This document shows positions 23,089 through 32,733 of a stretch of DNA of 64,000 nt, piece after piece. A program made the position numbers and the translations under genes. The DNA is taken from NCBI GenBank assembly GCA_973895155.1, contig OZ316899.1:457573-521572 (forward strand). Direction: 5' to 3'. The notes under the pieces are model-generated. The model searched no databases. It saw only the letters and a list, made by a program, of their open reading frames with translations, and was not told where the DNA came from. The stretch is from Marsupella aquatica (taxonomy: Eukaryota > Plantae > Marchantiophyta). Numbering within the stretch: the stretch's first letter is position 1; every line of letters begins with the position of its first letter.

Positions 23089-24179
23089 CAATGTCACCGT
23101 GTTATCCTCTCGGGCTTGCTGGAGTGGTGCCGGGTTGCTTGGCGCCTATTGAGTCGTACCCTGCGGCCATCAATTCAGAGGAGGGTGAGCTTCCTCGTCT
23201 TCGGAGCTAATATTCACCGCATTCACCCACAGATCATACTCGGAGAGGTGGTGCGACCGGTGGTGGGGATCGGCTTGGCTGAGGCCGAGGCGGTGTTGGT
23301 GCGGACACGGATTGGTGGGTGCCAGTTGCAGTTGGGGGAGGCGTCATTAGATTCAGGTAGTTCCTGGGGAAGTTGAGTGATGTGGGATGGCTCAGTGTCA
23401 GCTAGTGTAGAGAAACATGACATTCTTTCGTTTAGAAGAGGAAATAGTTAGGGAAAAAGTTTTAGTGCTATCAGAGTAGCTAGGTTTAGGGCACTTAAGT
23501 AAGAAGGGAAGCTTAGTAGAGGTAAGAGGGAATTTTAGTTATGCAAAGTTATCTAGGGGTAAGCAAGTTACTATAGGAGGGGCAGGAAACTAGTTCCGTC
23601 CTTAGTTATAATAGGCGACTAAGTCGGGACCGAAAAATGACCCGACACCGGACATCTTATTTTTGGCTGATATTTCTCCCATGGGTGCTGGGAGGTCCCT
23701 AGGGAACCCTGAAAAAGTATGAAGTCAAGTGGGGTCTTAACCTAGGAGTTATAAGTATTTTGGCAAAAATCAAAGTTACCAAATAGCGGGTCCCGGGAAA
23801 AATAGCTGATGGGTAAATGTAGGGGTTCCAAGTTTGGAAGTGGGTTAAGTATGGTCCCCTCTATCCCTAGAAACTTGTGGGACAACTTTGTCACACTTGG
23901 TTACTTTTTGGGAGCATCTCAAAGTTGAGAAGAATTTTGGAAGACATAAAGACTTGACCCTCTTTGCCTAATTTTAGAAAAGTTGTTATAGGGTTTTGTT
24001 TATATCTTAGTAAACCCGGACATAGTCCTATGTCCATAGAATCAGTGGAGCTACTCAGAAGTCCTTTTGGACTTATGTGTGAGTTTTGGAGGGGGGTCCA
24101 AAATCGCCCCAAAATGCTGTTTTTCCAAAAAAAAATGTATTTTTTTCTAAGTGTAAACCGCGTGGGCGACGATCACGCG

Positions 24180-24855
24180 GCGAGCACGAGGCAAGGAGGA
24201 GCGAGCACGAGGCAAGGAGGAGCAAGCACGAGGCTGGTGAGGACGTCAAGCACCGGGAGGCTGTCCAAAGGTGCTGCATGATTACTTGAGGAATCAATTG
24301 AGCACAAGGGCGGCTGAATTGAAGGAAGGGCGGCTGAATTGAAATGGCTGCTGCTGATTGAAGAAGCAAGGGCTGCTGCTGATTGAAGAAGCAAGGGCTG
24401 TTGCTGATTGAAGAAGCTATGGCTGCTGAGAAGGAAAAGAGCTATGGCTGCAAATTAGGATCGCTGCTGGCTTTGAATTGGGAAGGCTGCTTGCTGCTAT
24501 GACAGCTGCACACTAGATTAGAGGTGCTCCTACTAATCAGGCACGAGATGCTCATGAGAATTGGCTGGCTGCTGCCTTGATGCTGCTGAATTGAATGATG
24601 CTGCTGCTAGCTGCGAAATTGCAAAGGTGGGCAGCTACGAAATTGAGAAGAGAGACCTGCTTGACTGAGAAGGAATCAAGCTATGGTTGCTGCTGCTGTG
24701 CTTCAAATCTGCTGTTGTTGTGCTGTAAATGCGCTGATGTGACTGTGCTGCTAGCTGCGAAATTGACTGTGTTGCTAGCGGCAAAATTGAAGAGGTGAGC
24801 TAGCTGCGAAATTGACTAGGCTGGCTGTGAGCTATGGTGGCTGTGAAATTGAGGG
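24180..24855 (+). repeat. Short tandem and dispersed repeats in U3 of the H LTR (also at +9353)
   Basis: 21-bp unit x2.6 at 24180, 25-bp unit x3 at 24346, GCTAGCTGCGAAATTG-like motif about x6. Confidence 0.85.
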
Positions 24856-25725
24856 GCTGGCGGCTGATCAGCTGGACTGCTGCACAAGAAAGAATCCAAT
24901 AGAGAATGCTGTGGTTTTAGATTGAATTCACGAGAGAGAAATGGCTGCAAACATTGCTGTCCTTACAATTTCTTCATAAGAAACATGAGTATAATGAGAG
25001 TGCTCTCCCCTCATGACACGTGGAATCCCCATAAGGGGCATGTAAGGTAAGTGTAATCGGGCCGCCGCTTACACCCGCTTTACACCAAAAACAGGCCTTG
25101 GGAGAATGGGCATAACTTTGGCTAGAGGTATCCGTTGGGGCCCAAATTTTTTTGTGCTGAGTTAGGGGAAGATAAGGCACCCCCTGGTGAAGGTGGAACC
25201 CCAGAAAAGTAATCACTCAAATATATTTTTAACCGAGGCCACGAGGGAGTCCCGACAACTTGCAAACCAAAGTCGGCATAGGGGAATGAATACCAGATTT
25301 AGGGGCTGACCTTTCTTGCACCCATACCACTTGAGTTAGGCTCTAGAGAAGGGTACTTACCTTTGGCCAAAGGTGTAAGGCCATCAAGTTAAGAAAAGTA
25401 AATATAGGGGGTAGTTTACTTAGGGTAGTAAAGGGGTTACAAGTAAAATAAGGCCAACTTTGACTAGGCACAACTTGAGACTCACTCACTCTTTTTGCGA
25501 GCTTTCAAGTGGGTTGGTAAGCTGGTGAGGAGGACCATAAGTGGGAGTAGGTTTGGAAGTCAAAGCATACCACTCATGTGTGGCATATTCCAGGGCTTGG
25601 AAGGAGGCAAAATAGCAAGTAGTAGGGTGGGCTATGAACTATAGAGTTGGACTTTGTGTGTTAGGAGGACTTGGGGGAGGTATAGTTGGACCCCAGGTCA
25701 AGCTTGGTGTGATGTGGAAGGAGAT

Positions 25726-25735
25726 AGTATATAAG
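25726..25735 (+). promoter_or_regulatory. Putative TATA box of the H LTR, with AATAAA ~155 nt downstream
   Basis: GTATATAAGG followed by AATAAA near 25885; position fits a U3/R boundary. Confidence 0.55.
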
Positions 25736-26590
25736 GAGGAAGTTTTCATTTGTTAGGGACCGGGAGTCTCATCTCTTAAGTGAAATCTCTACCTTGCCAA
25801 GGTAGGGCTAAGCTTGAGAAAGGAGAGGTGGTCCATGCTTAGTGTGGAGAATGTGTAGTGAACTTTTGTTGTAAAGGTGATGCAATAAAAGGAGACTTAC
25901 CAATCTTCATTGTGACCATTAAGTGTGAGTGCATTTGAAGTATATGAGAGCAAGAGAAGAGTCCATGCTATGGTATAATCTTGGTCTAAGCTTGAAGGGG
26001 ATGTGCTAGTACAAAACCAAGGCCAAGGAGGCAAGGTTAAGGTATAGCATTACTTTGAGACTTAGAGAGGATTATAGCTTGAGGGTGGAAAGTACTTTGC
26101 TTGGTGTGTGGTGTTAACAAGAAGTAAGAACAAGAGGAAGAGTCCTTAGATAGAGGAGCCTTCTCTAGGGCTCAAAGGGGATGTGTGGACCCAAACCAAG
26201 GCCAGGGGGGCAAGGTTGAGGGGTAACACTACTTTGAGGGTCTTGAGGAGACTTAAGCTTGAAGAGGAAAGTACTTTGGGTTCTTGGGTGTTTGTGTGAG
26301 AATCTACTCTAAGGTGACAGCTTGGAGCGGAGATCCCCCTTGCTGATCCTTGGAGTAGAGGAGAGGGGAAGGGGTGAGTACAAAAGTAGTCAAGGGGACT
26401 ACCTCTCTAGAAGTGGAGAGTTGAAACTACTTATGTATGGAGTGATTGGACATTGTAAGCACACTTCAGAAGTTTTGTCAATCCTTTGTGACCCTGGTAT
26501 GACATGGAGCAGGTATTAGGTAGTCTTTTGGGGAGAAAAGCCGCTTAAGCTCCTTGACAAGTGTTTGACATAGAGTCCCACCCTTGTTTT

Positions 26591-26608
26591 TGGCGCCGCT
26601 GCCGGGGA
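26591..26608 (+). promoter_or_regulatory. Primer-binding site, tRNA-Asp type
   Basis: TGGCGCCGCTGCCGGGGA, one base from the Athila-type TGGCGCCGTTGCCGGGGA; 20 nt downstream of the LTR end. Confidence 0.8.
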
Positions 26609-26714
26609 CAACTCTTTACAGTTTTTGTTGGAGTGGAGCCACAAGACTTGGAGGTGTGTTTGCAGGTTTGCTGTTCAAGAGAAGAAGGGAGATAAGAAGG
26701 TGATTGTGAGTGGC

Positions 26715-29700
26715 ATGCCCACTACAAGGAGTCAAGCACTAAAAGAAGCCTCTCTTAGTTTCAACTTTGGTGACCAGTTGGAGCAACCAGATTGGGTGGA
26801 CATTCATTTGCAAGCTGAAGCGGAACCTGGTGTAGGGTGGAGTGATACATCTTCTTCCACTACCAACACAAGTGAAGATCAAGAAGCAGCCATGGTGGTG
26901 ACTCAAAGAGCAAGATTTCAGTACAAGACATTCCATGGCAAGCCCAAGGAGGATCCTGATGCTTGGTTGGAGGACTTCATTGGGACAGCCCAAGCCAATG
27001 GAGAGTTTGATATTAAGTTGACCACTTTGGCGGGGGTCTTGAGAGGAGAAGCAAGACCTTGGTTCAATAGCCTATCAAATGCCATCAAGAATGATTGGGA
27101 TGCCTTCAAGCTAGCATTCTTGCAGGAGTTTAGGAAGGTGGGAGAAGAATCGGAAGCTCTGATCAAGATGGGAGAGATCAGAATGGGATCCAAGGAGTCA
27201 GTAAGGAGGTTTCTGCAAAGGTTTCAAAGGTTAGCTACCAAGCTTGACCCCAGACCAGTAGACTCCATGTTGTTGGCTTGGTTTGTGGCAAGCCTACCCA
27301 AGAAGATGGGTGTCTCAGTAAGGCAATCTCACCCTAATACGTTGGATGAGGCCATTGAGGCGGCTCAGTCTTATAGGAGTGCTGAGATCTCTAGTTCCAA
27401 GAGTAGGAGAAAGAAGAAGCGATTTGCTTATAGTGATTCTTCTTCTAGCTCAAGTGAATCAAGTAGTTCAGTTGAGGATACTTCTGAGTCGGAATCTGAG
27501 GAGAGTAGTTCCAGTTCTGATTCAGAATCTGATTCTGAGGAGGACTCCGAGAAGAAGAAGAAGAAGAAGAAGAAGAAGGCAAAGAGAAAAAGCGACCAGA
27601 AGAGGAGAGCCAGCAAGAAGAAGCCAGGTGGTAAGCACCACAAATCTGCAACCTTCAACTTGGTGGAAGGTTCTACACCAGCAACCAAGGAGAAGAAGGT
27701 GATGGATAACAAGATGAGTGAGATCACCAACCAACTCAAGGCCCTATCAGTTCACTTTGCTGGTGTGCAACCTGATAGGAGAAAAGTGCCGGTGAATAGA
27801 GCCCATGTATGGTGTGTCAAGTGCAAGAGTTTTGGCCATACACCTCAAGAGTGTCAAGGTTGGAGGAATCAAGTTCAGTATGTCAATGAAGAGTCCAACG
27901 ATGTTTATCAAGCAAGTGAAGTGGTGGACTACTTCTATGAAGAAGCCCCGGAGATGGTGTACCAGATTTCAGGAGGCCCAAGAACTTTGCAAGGAAGACC
28001 AGCTCCACCCATGGCACCTCAACTGATGCCTGGTCTTCAACCAAGGATGGTGGATCAAATGGGACCTCAAGGACCTGGGGGAGTGGCAAGAACTACCGTG
28101 GTGATCTGCTGGAACTGTCAAAAACCAGGGCACTATTCCAACAGTTGCCCCGAACCAAGGAGGCAGGGACAAGGAGCTCCCTATCCTCTTTGTGCTGTGT
28201 GCAAAAGGGAGGGTCATACCACAGCCAACTGTCCTATTGGATCTGCTGCCAAGATGATGATAGGAAGGATAGAAGCACCACCACCAGCGGTTGCCAAGGC
28301 TCCCGGTGAAGCCACAGTGAACTTCTTGAGTATGGAGTGGCAAGAGGAGGCCAAAGATGGAGTGACACAAGTTGCTGGTGGGGAGAACCAGCCAGATCTA
28401 CCAGGAATGGAGACACCTGAGGAGGAAGCTGTGTGTTACAAGGTGTCTACCAGGTCCACAAGAAAGAAGGAAAGAGTGGAAGAGAGGAAGAAGAGGAAGG
28501 AGAGAAAGGAGCACTCAACGGAGTCACCAATCGAAGTTGAAGTTGGAGCAGAAGTTCAAGTCCCACCAGCTGAAGATAGTGACTACAAGAGAGACCATCC
28601 GAAGCTCTTCTATCCCAAGGTGAATGAGGAAGTCAAGAGGCAACTAGAGGAGATGGAGGCTAAGGAGCATCAAGAGGCCATCAACAAAGACCTGAAGGTT
28701 GCTAAAGCTTTGAAGGAAAAAGCTGAGGTGGAAGAGAAGAAAGAGACCAGCAAGGTACCCTCTTATGACATCAAGAAGGATGTGAAAGATTGTTTGGTTA
28801 CTGCTACAGTGGGGCAGCTGATCAAAGACAACCCTTTGTATAGGAGGCAACTGAAGGAGATGTTGGTAGGAAGGAGAAGAAGGAAGCTTCCAAAGGTTGG
28901 TACCCCAGCTGATGTGATGATGGTTTGTGAAGACCTTGGAGCACCTGAGATTGATGTTCAAGTAAATGGGTGTGTACTCTCGTATGTACCAGTTGATGGA
29001 GGCTCAGGTGTGAATATCATGATTGAGGCTACTGCCCAACAACTAGGTTTCAAGAAACTTCAGCCAACAGCAAGGACAATGAGGCTAGCAAATGGAGCAA
29101 GAGTGCTACCGGTGGGGACACTTACTCAAGTACCTACTCTCATTGGGGGGCAGGAGTTCTTGTTGAATTACTTGGTGATGAGACCAGCAAGGCCATCTAC
29201 TTACCCAATCTTGATTGGGAGGCCTTGGCTATATGGAGCCAAAGTAGTGTCTGATTGGGGCAAGAAGGAGTTTAGGTTTGGCAAACCAGCCACTTCAGTT
29301 TCATGGGGTCATGACAAGCATCAAGGAGAGACTACTGATGAGTTGGATGAATATGATTCTGAACTTTCCGATGAGTTGAGTACCAAATCTGAATCTGATG
29401 AGGATGAGGTATACATGTTGAACATGGTGAGCCAATGGACTGAAGAAGAAGTGTTTGGAGAGGAGCAAGAGCAGGAGGCTCTTACCAGCCATTCACCTCT
29501 GCCCAGTCTCAGTGAAGTGACCAGTCTCGAGGAGGTGAAGCAGGCTGAGACCTCAGCCAAGGAGAGCAACCAAGAAGACACTATCACAATGGCTCAGGAG
29601 GTTGATCAGACCAGCAAGGGTGCTGCCCAAGTTGAGATCAAGACAAGGAGTAATGACCAGAGTTTAAAGGCTAAGCACTTAGCCTTGTTAAAGCTCAAGA

Positions 29701-32693
29701 TAAAGGAGCTAGAGGACCAATTGAAGGCTGCAAACTCAGAGGAGGATGAGACTCAGGAAGACCAGCATTCAAGCAAGGAGAAGGAGGAGTTAAGTGCTGA
29801 AAATGCACCCGTCTATGGAGGCATGAGGTTGGCACAACTTGAGGGCACTTTTGACTCCACAATGAGGAACAAGATGGAGGTGATTCGAGCTGAGCAGTAC
29901 AGAACCATCTCTGTCCAGCAAGACAAGACCTTCAACTTGGGAAATGCCCTGGGATCAGGTGAAGAGAAAACTATCCAAGATTTGCTAGGTGAATATGTGG
30001 ATGTGTTTGCTTGGAGTCACTTGGATCTTACTGGTGTAAACCCTGAACTTGGTGAGCATAGAATCGACTTGATGCTAGGAGCTTCACCTGTGAGACAAAG
30101 GCAATATCGGATGAATCCCAAGTACTCCTTGATGGTGAAGGAAGAGATAGACAAATTGCTGGAAGCAGGTTTCATCTATCCTGTGTTGAATAGTGAGTGG
30201 GTTTCTCCAATTGTCATAGTACCAAAGAAACCAGGCTTGGATGGTAAGCCTAAGATCCGAGTTTGCCAAGACTTTAGGAAACTCAATGAGGCCACTAAGA
30301 AGGACCACTATCCCATTCCATTTACTGATATGGTACTTGATTTAGTAGCTGGTTGGGAAGTGTATAGCTTCCTAGATGGGTACTCAGGTTACAACCAGAT
30401 TTGGATAAGGAAGGAGGACCAGTTGAAGACAGCCTTTACTACTGAGTGGGGGATTTATGCCTTTCGGAGGATGCCTTTTGGTCTTTGTAATGCCCCTGGT
30501 ATGTTCCAAAGGTTGATGATGAATATCTTTCATGACTACTTGAGAAAGTTCTTGGAAGTATTCATAGATGACTTTGCTGTTTTTGGAAGGGGGAAGGACC
30601 ATGTTGAACATTTGAGGATGACCTTCCAAAGATGTAGGGAAGTTGGTTTGAAGCTTCACCCAGGGAAGTGCTTCTTTGGTGTGGAAGAAGGGATACTACT
30701 TGGCCACAAGGTATCCAAGAAGGGCATAGAAGTGGACCAAGAGAAGGTTGCTGTTTGGATGGCTGTCAAGTTTCCAACTTCAGTGACAGAGTTGAGGGGA
30801 TTCTTGGGATGTTTAAACTACTATAGAAGGTTCATTAAGGACTTTGCTAAAGTAGCTTTACCCCTAACCAGCATGCTTAAGAAGGGGGCTGAGGTTGAAC
30901 CCTCAGTTGAGAGGCTAGCAAGTTTTCAGGAGTTGAAGAACAGGTTGGTTGAAGCCCCTATCTTGATAGCACCAGATTGGAGTAGAGAATTTCATGTGTA
31001 TGTGGATGTGTCTGGCTTTTGTATTGGTGTGGTGCTTAGTCAACTTGATGACCAGAATAGGGATCACCCTATCTACTTTGCAAGTAGACTATTGGCACCA
31101 GCTGAAAAGAATTACTCACCAACCGATAGAGAAGCTCTAGGAATCATCTACTCTTGTAAGAAGTTTAGGCACTACTTGTTGGGCTATAAGGTGGTCTTTC
31201 ATACTGATCACAATGCTCTCAAGTATATGGTGAATAAACCTGATGTAACTGGTAGAGTGGCAAGGTGGATCTTGTTGCTCCAAGAGTTTGATTATGAGGT
31301 GAGGGTCAGGCCTGGTAAGAAGCATGGGAATGCAGACTTCTTCTCAAGGATTGAAGGAGAAGAGGACTTGAAGGAGGTGGATGATCAGTTTCCAGATGAA
31401 GACCTCTTTCATGTGGGAAGTGGAGGAGATACATGGTATTTGGATATCATCCAATTTCTTCTCACAACCCGGCTACCAAGAGATTTGAACCAAGAGGAGG
31501 CTGCTGTTTTCCTGAGAAAAATCAGACCTTACTTATTGGTGAAGGGTGTCCTTCACAAGGAAGGAGTTGATGGGAGACTAAGGAGGTGTTTGGAGAAGAA
31601 GGAAATCTCCATTGTGATGAGAGCTATGCATGAGGAGGAGGCTGGTGGCCATTATGCAAGTGCAACAACAGCAAGGAAAATTCTTGATGCAGGGTATTGG
31701 TGGCCAACACTTCATAAGGATGTAAGTCTTTTTGTGAGGGGATGTGACCCTTGCCAAAGGACAGGTAAGCCAGCTCACTCAAGGCATCACCCTCTTACCA
31801 CCATCTTACCTCTTGCACCTTTTGAGAAGTGGGGTATAGATTTCATAGGTCCCATCACTCCTGTGACCAGGTCTAGAAGGAATCGATACATCCTTCTTGC
31901 AACTGATTATGCTACTAAGTGGGTAGAGGCAAGACCAACCAGCAAGGATAATGCTCTCACAGTAGCAAGGTTCATGTATCAACAGATTTTTACCAGATTT
32001 GGGCCACCTCTAGAGCTGGTTAGTGATAGGGGGACTCACTTCTTGAATGAAGTTGTGGAGGAGCTCACTAACCATTACTTGATTAAGCATAGGAAGACCA
32101 CCCCCTATCACCCCAAGGCCAATGGATTAACGGAGAGAGCTAATGGCATCATTGGCAAGATCTTGAACAAAACCGTGGCGGCACACAAGACTGATTGGGA
32201 TGACAAATTATACTCAGCTGTGTACTCCTACAACCTTGCTTTCAAGACCACAACCGGCCATAGTCCTTTCTACCTAGTATTTGGACAACACTCCCTTGTA
32301 CCTGTTGAGTTTGAAGTGCCTACTTTGAGGGTAAGTGTGGAGGAGAGAATGGAGGCTGACCAGAGTTTAATGGAGAGAGCTTACCAGCTGGAGGAGTTGG
32401 AGGAAATCCGGGAAGAGGCAAGCAAGCAAGTGAAGAAGAAGCAAGCTCAAGTGAAGCAACATCATGACAAGAAGTTGAAGAAGCCAACTTCTTTACTTGC
32501 TGGACAACTGGTATTACTCTATGACAGTAGGTATGCTCATTTTCCAGGCAAGTTGCATACTCGGTGGTTGGGTCCTTATGTTGTTCACCAGGTTTATGCT
32601 AATGGGTCAATTCAGCTTGCTACTCTTGAAGGAGAGGTGTTCCCTACTAGAGTGCATCATGATAGGTTGAAAAGGTACTTTAATCAGGAATAA
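26715..32693 (+). CDS. gag-pol: Gag-Pol polyprotein, 1,992 aa from ATG (capsid, three CCHC knuckles, protease, RT, RNase H, integrase)
   Basis: EDPDAWL; three CX2CX4HX4C; VDGGSGVN; MPFGLCNAP/FIDDF; VDVSGFCIG; WGIDFIGP/SDRGTHF/ERAN. No stops. Confidence 0.97.
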   Translation: MPTTRSQALKEASLSFNFGDQLEQPDWVDIHLQAEAEPGVGWSDTSSSTTNTSEDQEAAMVVTQRARFQYKTFHGKPKEDPDAWLEDFIGTAQANGEFDIKLTTLAGVLRGEARPWFNSLSNAIKNDWDAFKLAFLQEFRKVGEESEALIKMGEIRMGSKESVRRFLQRFQRLATKLDPRPVDSMLLAWFVASLPKKMGVSVRQSHPNTLDEAIEAAQSYRSAEISSSKSRRKKKRFAYSDSSSSSSESSSSVEDTSESESEESSSSSDSESDSEEDSEKKKKKKKKKAKRKSDQKRRASKKKPGGKHHKSATFNLVEGSTPATKEKKVMDNKMSEITNQLKALSVHFAGVQPDRRKVPVNRAHVWCVKCKSFGHTPQECQGWRNQVQYVNEESNDVYQASEVVDYFYEEAPEMVYQISGGPRTLQGRPAPPMAPQLMPGLQPRMVDQMGPQGPGGVARTTVVICWNCQKPGHYSNSCPEPRRQGQGAPYPLCAVCKREGHTTANCPIGSAAKMMIGRIEAPPPAVAKAPGEATVNFLSMEWQEEAKDGVTQVAGGENQPDLPGMETPEEEAVCYKVSTRSTRKKERVEERKKRKERKEHSTESPIEVEVGAEVQVPPAEDSDYKRDHPKLFYPKVNEEVKRQLEEMEAKEHQEAINKDLKVAKALKEKAEVEEKKETSKVPSYDIKKDVKDCLVTATVGQLIKDNPLYRRQLKEMLVGRRRRKLPKVGTPADVMMVCEDLGAPEIDVQVNGCVLSYVPVDGGSGVNIMIEATAQQLGFKKLQPTARTMRLANGARVLPVGTLTQVPTLIGGQEFLLNYLVMRPARPSTYPILIGRPWLYGAKVVSDWGKKEFRFGKPATSVSWGHDKHQGETTDELDEYDSELSDELSTKSESDEDEVYMLNMVSQWTEEEVFGEEQEQEALTSHSPLPSLSEVTSLEEVKQAETSAKESNQEDTITMAQEVDQTSKGAAQVEIKTRSNDQSLKAKHLALLKLKIKELEDQLKAANSEEDETQEDQHSSKEKEELSAENAPVYGGMRLAQLEGTFDSTMRNKMEVIRAEQYRTISVQQDKTFNLGNALGSGEEKTIQDLLGEYVDVFAWSHLDLTGVNPELGEHRIDLMLGASPVRQRQYRMNPKYSLMVKEEIDKLLEAGFIYPVLNSEWVSPIVIVPKKPGLDGKPKIRVCQDFRKLNEATKKDHYPIPFTDMVLDLVAGWEVYSFLDGYSGYNQIWIRKEDQLKTAFTTEWGIYAFRRMPFGLCNAPGMFQRLMMNIFHDYLRKFLEVFIDDFAVFGRGKDHVEHLRMTFQRCREVGLKLHPGKCFFGVEEGILLGHKVSKKGIEVDQEKVAVWMAVKFPTSVTELRGFLGCLNYYRRFIKDFAKVALPLTSMLKKGAEVEPSVERLASFQELKNRLVEAPILIAPDWSREFHVYVDVSGFCIGVVLSQLDDQNRDHPIYFASRLLAPAEKNYSPTDREALGIIYSCKKFRHYLLGYKVVFHTDHNALKYMVNKPDVTGRVARWILLLQEFDYEVRVRPGKKHGNADFFSRIEGEEDLKEVDDQFPDEDLFHVGSGGDTWYLDIIQFLLTTRLPRDLNQEEAAVFLRKIRPYLLVKGVLHKEGVDGRLRRCLEKKEISIVMRAMHEEEAGGHYASATTARKILDAGYWWPTLHKDVSLFVRGCDPCQRTGKPAHSRHHPLTTILPLAPFEKWGIDFIGPITPVTRSRRNRYILLATDYATKWVEARPTSKDNALTVARFMYQQIFTRFGPPLELVSDRGTHFLNEVVEELTNHYLIKHRKTTPYHPKANGLTERANGIIGKILNKTVAAHKTDWDDKLYSAVYSYNLAFKTTTGHSPFYLVFGQHSLVPVEFEVPTLRVSVEERMEADQSLMERAYQLEELEEIREEASKQVKKKQAQVKQHHDKKLKKPTSLLAGQLVLLYDSRYAHFPGKLHTRWLGPYVVHQVYANGSIQLATLEGEVFPTRVHHDRLKRYFNQE

Positions 32694-32720
32694 GTGTGTT
32701 TGCGGGGACGCTGCACACTT

Positions 32721-32730
32721 AAGTAGGGGG
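32721..32730 (+). promoter_or_regulatory. Polypurine tract of H
   Basis: AAGTAGGGGG, 3 nt before the 3' LTR. Confidence 0.8.
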
Positions 32731-32733
32731 CTA

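Larger units (their letters stand above)
23381..26570 (+). repeat. 5' LTR of H
   Basis: TGTGGGA...TTTGACA; matches the 3' LTR except A26557 vs G35910. Confidence 0.97.

Noticed and set aside
25359-25374. 16-bp palindrome ACCTTTGGCCAAAGGT and small hairpins in the H LTR
   Set aside because: Isolated, with no comparative or functional support from this window.
23891-26519. Short ORFs in the H LTRs
   Set aside because: All are at most ~105 aa, overlapping and repeat-derived. They appear twice only because the LTR is duplicated.
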